This document shows positions 56,881-64,000 of a stretch of DNA of 64,000 bases, one piece after another. The notes under the pieces were generated by a model. That model searched no databases, was not told the DNA's origin, and saw only the letters and a program-made list of their open reading frames with translations. The first letter of the stretch is position 1, and the number at the start of each line of letters is the position of its first letter. Origin of the DNA: Macrostomum lignano (lineage: Eukaryota). The stretch lies in the NCBI GenBank assembly GCA_002269645.1, contig NIVC01001023.1, positions 62,001 through 126,000 on the forward strand, read 5' to 3'. Both the position numbers and the translations under genes were made by a program.

Positions 56881-59800
56881 CGTTCCAGCCGGTTAGTTAA
56901 GTCCGCATGAGCACTCACGACGGGCAGTGTTGTCTTACTAGAGACTAGCTGATTGCGGAAGATATCTGCGATTCCCTATCCATATATGTATATAAGCCGG
57001 CAATAATCATGAAAGGCATCAGATTCAAAGAGGCTATTTTTATCTTAGTTTAAAGCCTGTCCGCTACTCTGTAGTCCAGTCGGCAAAATGCGTGGGGACA
57101 ATGTTTTCTGGGGGGGGGGCAATAAATTCCATCGATCACTGAGCCTCACTGTTTCTGTTTGTGCTGATGCACGCGCAGTGAGGCGGCTTGGGCAGACTCT
57201 GCGCGTAGGTCTTTTCCTGATGCTGTAAATTATTTCCCAAATCCTGTCGTTGTTATTCCCTCTCTCTCTGTCTCACCCTGGGAAAAATTGTTCTGCAATG
57301 GTGTCTATCTATAAGCTTATAAGCCAGGTCATTGTTTTCTTTGACTAGGATAGGGCGAGGGGGCGAGAGGGCGAGACAGGAACGAGATTAGAGTGGCTGA
57401 AGTGTGTGCTCTCTCTAGCAGGCTGCGAAGTGGCCCTTTGCGATCGGCGTGAGGAAGTTTTGCCGCTTGGCCGGAGTGAGTGGTGTAAACTGAGAGCGGT
57501 CTCGTTTATTGCTAATTCTACCAACCAGCCCCCCTGAGCTGCTTGGGCTGGTCAAGTGCTTAGCGAGCTGGGGACATGGGAATTCCTCAATGCTCCTCCC
57601 ACAGAGCTTGACCTGAGAACTGAACCAATCGGGCCTGATGAGGCAGACCTTGGGGAGGTTTTTCTTCAGCGATGCTGCAGTAAATCTTAGCCCACCCTTA
57701 GCCCTGTTCGTGGGGATCAGACCGGGGCGTGGGATAAAATCCTTTCGATCCCAGCAGTTCCCACCACCGCCGCCCTTCAAACTGATGGGGGATCATTTAT
57801 GACAGACTTGGAGTCTGTGTTGCGTCATCGCTAGATGCGGAGATTGTGTGTGTGTTTGTTCACGCTTCGCCCCAGCTCTCAATCATCGGTTCTGGGCGGT
57901 TGGGATTTTATCCCTACCCTCTAAAGCTTTCTGTTCGTAGGTCGACCCCGAGGATATCGGAAGGGGCTAGGAAAGGCGACTTAGACTGAAAGAGAGAGTC
58001 TCTGTGCTCTTGGCTGAGGCAATCAATCGAGACAGAAAATGCATGAATACGAGAGCGAGCGCGTTTTCTCTGGAGGAGACAAAACAGAAGCCTCAGTGTG
58101 TGTGTGAGTAATGCTTTAGGTCATTATTTAGGCCTGGATGCTGTTGCTCTGTGCTTGGCAGTGGGCCAGATTCACCCCTGGCAGAATTGCGGAAGGAATC
58201 TGATTTTTTCCAAGTCAAGTTCCTTAGACCAGTTTTTATTGTTCAAAACCGTATATGGCTGGTGGATGTCAGAGGGACGTCAGCTGCGGTGCCTGTCTTT
58301 TGTGAGTCACCAGTCGACAGACGCTGATCGTCACTTTCTCCGCTGTCCGCTGTCCGAAGCAAGTGGAGGGCGGAGGAATTTCAATGGGGTTCAGGTTCCT
58401 TCGTCCGTTCCGGCAGGCAACTGCCAGTAACCATGGAACCGCAGGGCTTAGCAGTTGAACTGGACTCGTTTCTGGTTCCATAATCTTCTTCTGAAAAATT
58501 TCCCGTTGCCAACAACTAACTGACCAGCCCCAGCTGACTGACCCGACAAGCTTTGCCCGCCAAAGTTTTCGTGAAGAAAAGTCTGAAGTAATGTTCTTTT
58601 TTTAAGACCCCATACAGGGATGCTTATTTGTCTTTTCTGGTTTCAGAAAGGCGCTTGAATGGGCCACGCCCTGACCGCTGCATGCTCTGCTTTTAATCCA
58701 GTTTAGAGGCTAAATGGCATATTGTCCTCAAAATCTTTTGCCATTAATTTCCGGACTAAAAAGGCAACCGACACAAAGGCTTAAAATATTCAACGAAGAA
58801 AAAATCCTATCGAAATGTAATTGCTATTGTCAAAGGACACGTTATCCAATGCTGCTCAAAGCGTTAATTAACCTACAGCTTTCTGAAGACACGTCTTGGA
58901 TATTAAAGAAGAATTTATGTCATTTTGAATTGAAAATTCATCAAATTCTGCTTTCAATGGCAACACGAAAACAGTCTGAAATATTTTTCGTCTCGAATGC
59001 GGTTTTTCTGTTCAATTGAATTTCAATTTCAACTCTTACCGGGAGCCGAGCTCACCTGAGCACTGCAGGACGGGGATTGTATCGGAAAATTTTTTCCTAA
59101 TTTAGCTTGGAAAAAGGGAGAGGGGGTCGAATGGTAATCCGCCTGTCCGAGAATTCAGTGTCAGTTGCATGTTAAGACGGTTTTTCCTCTGACTATCTAT
59201 AGCTTCTGTTTGTCAGGGCTACCCCCGACCTCGGGGGACAGCGGTTAGTCAATGGAGCATTTTGAGGTAAGCTAATTATATTTGAGAAAATATAGGACTC
59301 AGTGACGGTTATTGGCGTCAACTGACATGGGCTGTGACAATCATAGTCAGGAAATTTAGGAAGGCTAGAAAATCAGAGGACTTGCTTTGAACTTCGCATT
59401 ACAAACTCGACCATGACTGATTTGAAGGCTTGCAATGCACTTTGTCAAGTGCATACTCCAGCCATTGCGCCGGTGCAAGGCGGTTGGGGGGAATTGCCGG
59501 GAAGGTTATCGATTATTTTGGATGAAGTTTGCTACTCTTATTATTAATTATTATTATTATTATTATTATTATTAGTTTTTCCGCGCTTTGGCCCTCGAAT
59601 CCCAGCTCATTCTCGGCTGAGGGAGTTCAGAATGAGAATTGAGGGCAAGCGGGTAGGCGGGAGGCCACTTAAATTAGGACGAATTCTGAATGCGCCCAGC
59701 TCCATCCCGCCAGCCTCCATAATTCTGATCAGACTTTTCCGGAAAATTTCCCGAGTGACCAGGCGTGGGATGGGGCGGCCGCCACTTTGGCTGCCTGCCC

Positions 59801-60342
59801 AGCCTCCCCCAAAACCTGGCCCTCTGTTCCTCCATCTCTCTTCTCCGATCGGACTCAAGGCTGGTCACTGGTCACTAATTAAAACAAAAAAGACGTACAT
59901 GAGGAAAGAAAGTTCGGCCTTTGAAATTGATAGTGAAATTTATTCTCAGTTCAAGATCAGTATTTTTTAGCAAGACTTGGTGGAATAAATTATTTGAAAC
60001 GCAGACGCAGACATCGGATTTTCACCAGAAGTTTATCCTCCCTTGTTGATCCTTAATATCCGGTTTGGTCAGGGACTCGCAGATCATCTAAAACCTTTCA
60101 TCACCGTCTGTATAAAAAAACTATCCATATCCAATCTAATTAATTTGTCTATCTAGTTTGGCTTGTGTGTATAAACTAAAAACTTTTTCGGTTTCTAAGC
60201 AAGGGTCGCTTTAATGTAGCTGCTCTCATATATATTTACGACGTATTTTGAGTTCGTGCACGGAAATTATAGTGATTTGCCGTACGCTTCCCGTCCATTA
60301 TGGCCAGCTAACAAAGTGTTTTGAATGTGCATATGACTGACA

Positions 60343-61285
60343 ACCAGGTGGCGCCAGCACCCAGTGGCGCCAGCATCCAGTGGCACCAGCACCCAGTGGC
60401 GCCAGCACCCAGTGGCGCCAAGCACCAAGTGGCGCCAAGCACCCAGTGGCGACAGCACCCAGTGGCGCCAGCACCCAGTGGCGCCAAGCACCCAGTGGCG
60501 CCAGCACCCAGTGGCGCCAGCACCCAGTGGCGCCAAGCACCCAGTGGCGCCAGCACCCAGTGGTGCCAAGCACCAAGTGACGCCAGCACCCAGTGGCGCC
60601 AGCACCCAGTGGCGCCAGCACCCAGTGGCGCCAGCACCCAGTGGCGCCAGCACCCAGTGGCACCAGCACCCAGTGGCGCCAGCACCTAGTGGCGCCAGCA
60701 CCCAGTGGCGCCAGCACCCAGTGGCGCCAGCACCAAGTGGCACCAGCACCCAGTGGCGCCAGCACCAAGTGGCGCCAGCACCCAGTGGCGCCAGCACCCA
60801 GTGGCGCCAGCACCCAGTGGCGCCAAGCACCTAGTGGCGACAGCACCCAGTGGCGCCAGCACCAAGAGGTACCAGCACTGCGCCAAGCACCCAGGGATGC
60901 CAGCACCCAGTGGCGCCAGCACCCAGTGGCGCCAGCACCCAGTGGCGCCAGCACCCAGTGGCGCCAGCACCCAGTGGCGCCAGCACCTAGTGGCGCCAGC
61001 ACCCAGTGGCACCAGCACCCAGTGGCGCCAGCACCTAGTGGCGCCAGCACCTAGTGGCGCCAGCACCCAGTGGCGCCAGCACCAAGTGGCACCAGCACCC
61101 AGTGGCGCCAGCACCAAGTGGCGCCAGCACCCAGTGGCGCCAGCACCCAGTGGCGCCAGCACCCAGTGGCGCCAAGCACCTAGTGGCGACAGCACCCAGT
61201 GGCGCCAGCACCAAGAGGTACCAGCACTGCGCCAAGCACCCAGGGATGCCAGCACCAAGTGACGCCAGTACCAATAGGCGCTAGT
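60343..61285. repeat. 16-bp minisatellite (GCACCCAGTGGCGCCA)
   Basis: About 58 units with duplicated variant blocks. Confidence 0.92.
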
Positions 61286-62104
61286 AGTAGTGTAAGCACC
61301 GAGTCAACTCTGAAGACTGCACCAAACTCAAACTGGATTCTCTCAAGATTTCAGCCCAACGGCTCAGCTGCACAAAAATGCTGACAAAAGCGTGAACTAA
61401 AAGTGCAAACAAGAAGTCTTCAAGAAAAGGCCAATGGAAGCTGCGCGGATCGGTCAAAACTTAATCAGATTGCACTGGCAGCATTTGATGTCGCGGGTTG
61501 TAATTTAAATTTAAAAATATTTATGGGACAATGTTTAGTTAGCGGAATTTTCTGCTGTGCACTATTTCGAAATATTTTAGTCGCTAATTTACAACACCAA
61601 CGCAACAATCCAAAGATGGACTCTCAGAAACAGTTGCAGCCATTAGCGAGAATTCGGCAAACGCACATAGTGAATAATTTGGACCTCTTATGAAGTTGAA
61701 TTTTTATGACTGCTGGCCGCCAAAAATTGCCTGTTTTTATTGAGAGCTTTGATGCCCCGCCTGAGTGAGTTAAAAATACGGCAAAACCGTTTGATGTGTC
61801 GCGGATGGCTGATGCGGTTTCTGGTACGAGCTATTCGAAATAAAAACAGAATTTGTGGTGTCCAGGACTGGCTGCCATAAGTCTGGCTTGGTGAAAATGG
61901 GTGCAGCTTCAACTGAAATTCACTGACAGATGGCCCACAGCCTGCCTTGCAGAGCGAAGGTTAAGCAATGAAAAAGAAAGAAGAGCGCGAGCCACTATAC
62001 CCAAGAATTGTAGTAGAGAGGTTCAGACAGACAGATACATTAAAATGTGGATAGCAGACATTGTGATAGATGAAGCTAAATACAGGTATGTCAGATACCA
62101 AGAC

Positions 62105-62645
<541 letters not shown>

Positions 62646-63524
62646 ACACTGACAGCATAGGCACCAAGATGCATTCAAAGAGTCCAATAGCTGAAAACAG
62701 CATCCCACACAATAAGCCCGTGGGAGTTTCAGTCGGCACTCAAGCCACCCTACAAAGGCTGATGGGCTATTATCTTTTTTCACTACTAATGCCTCTTTCA
62801 ACATCAGCTTTAACCCCCTCCCCCAGGCTTAAAGTCCAGATTCCATCAGAAAGCCAAGAATGAAGCTGTACTTCATTGCGGATGCAGGTTTTACAGATGA
62901 AGCTGTTTGCGTACATCCAGGATCGGATTAAAAAGTGAGTTCTTTGACTTCCATTCAGATCGTGCTCATCTGCATTATGCTTTAAAAGCATTGCTGCATC
63001 CCCTTAAGCTACCGGCCTGCTGGGAAATTCTCCCATATCATCTCCAGCTTAGCTCAGCTGAAACTGTTAGAGGACCTGGGCTTCGGGGGATCATCTCTCG
63101 GTGGGCCTCGTGACCTCGGCGTCATCTGTTGTCTTTAATAATTCATGACAGGCAGAAAATTTTAACTGCAGGGTGAAAGCTACTGGGATACTGTGAAAGA
63201 TGCTGTGTGCTACATCTCGACGCCACCTAACTGGAGAAATCGATGCCATACAGCTCAAGTCAAATTCATCATCGTTCGTGCGGGGAGGACTGTCAGGCTC
63301 TCTCTGAGCTCCCTACCTCCCCCCTCTCTCTCCCTCTGTTTGCAGGCCCGGCCAAAGAAATCTACATGCAACCGTTTCTGAGGGGACAGGCCAAAACTCG
63401 CTTCTATACACAGCCAATGGCTGTCACGCTTTTCCATGAAAGGGATTTTAATTTGTCCCATTGATCCGGGATAAACCTGGTTCTAAGCCTACCAGTCGAG
63501 GAGGCCCTGGATAGCGGTAACAGA

Positions 63525-63910
63525 GACCATAGATAAGGCTAAGCGGAGACGATAGCTAGGGCTAAGCGGAGAAAATAGATAAGGCTAAGCGGAGACCATA
63601 GATAGGGCTAAGTGGAGACCATAGATAGGGCTAAGCGGAGACGATAGCTAGGGCTAAGCGGAGATCATAGATAGGGCTAAACGGAGAAAATAGATAAGGC
63701 TAAGCGGAGACGATAGCTAGGGCTAAGCGGAGAAAATAGATAAGGCTAAGCGGAGACCATAGATAGGGCTAAGTGGAGACCATAGATAGGGCTAAGCGGA
63801 GACGATAGCTAGGGCTAAGCGGAGACAATAGATAGGGCTAAGCGTAGACGATAGCTAGGGCTAAGCGGAGACAATAGATAGGGCTAAGCGGAGACAATAG
63901 ATATGGCTAT
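63525..63910. repeat. 23-bp minisatellite (GATAGCTAGGGCTAAGCGGAGAC)
   Basis: About 16 units. Confidence 0.9.
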
Positions 63911-64000
63911 ATAGGATCAGACTAGATTTTTCTATATAGAAAGGCTAAATAGGATCATAGATAGGGCTATATAGGATCAGACTAGATTTTTCTATATAGA

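Overview
This is eukaryotic, intron-rich animal DNA. GC-rich poly-Ala/Gln exons and a private minisatellite in most introns suggest a flatworm such as Macrostomum, but that is inference only. The left 9 kb is a young minus-strand Ty3/Gypsy retrotransposon with one Gag-Pol ORF, a 5' LTR and a tRNA-Gln PBS. Its Gag carries a cold-shock domain directly after the CCHC knuckle, and its RNaseH-integrase linker carries a cluster of LC8-type motifs; these are the most unusual signals in the window. Positions 9-19 kb are a CpG-depleted graveyard of DNA transposons: two decayed P-element-like transposases, a hAT MITE, an old MITE and a foldback element. Four spliced host genes follow, reconstructed by hand with phase-consistent splice sites: an ADA2 SAGA/ATAC subunit (+), a PR-domain FOG/U-shaped zinc-finger gene (-), a Shaw/Kv3-type potassium channel with an atypical S6 (+), and an SH3 protein with an RVxF motif (-). 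About 20 tandem arrays, a CORE-type SINE and several hairpins lie between and inside the genes. All domain calls come from motif recognition by eye; no database searches were run.
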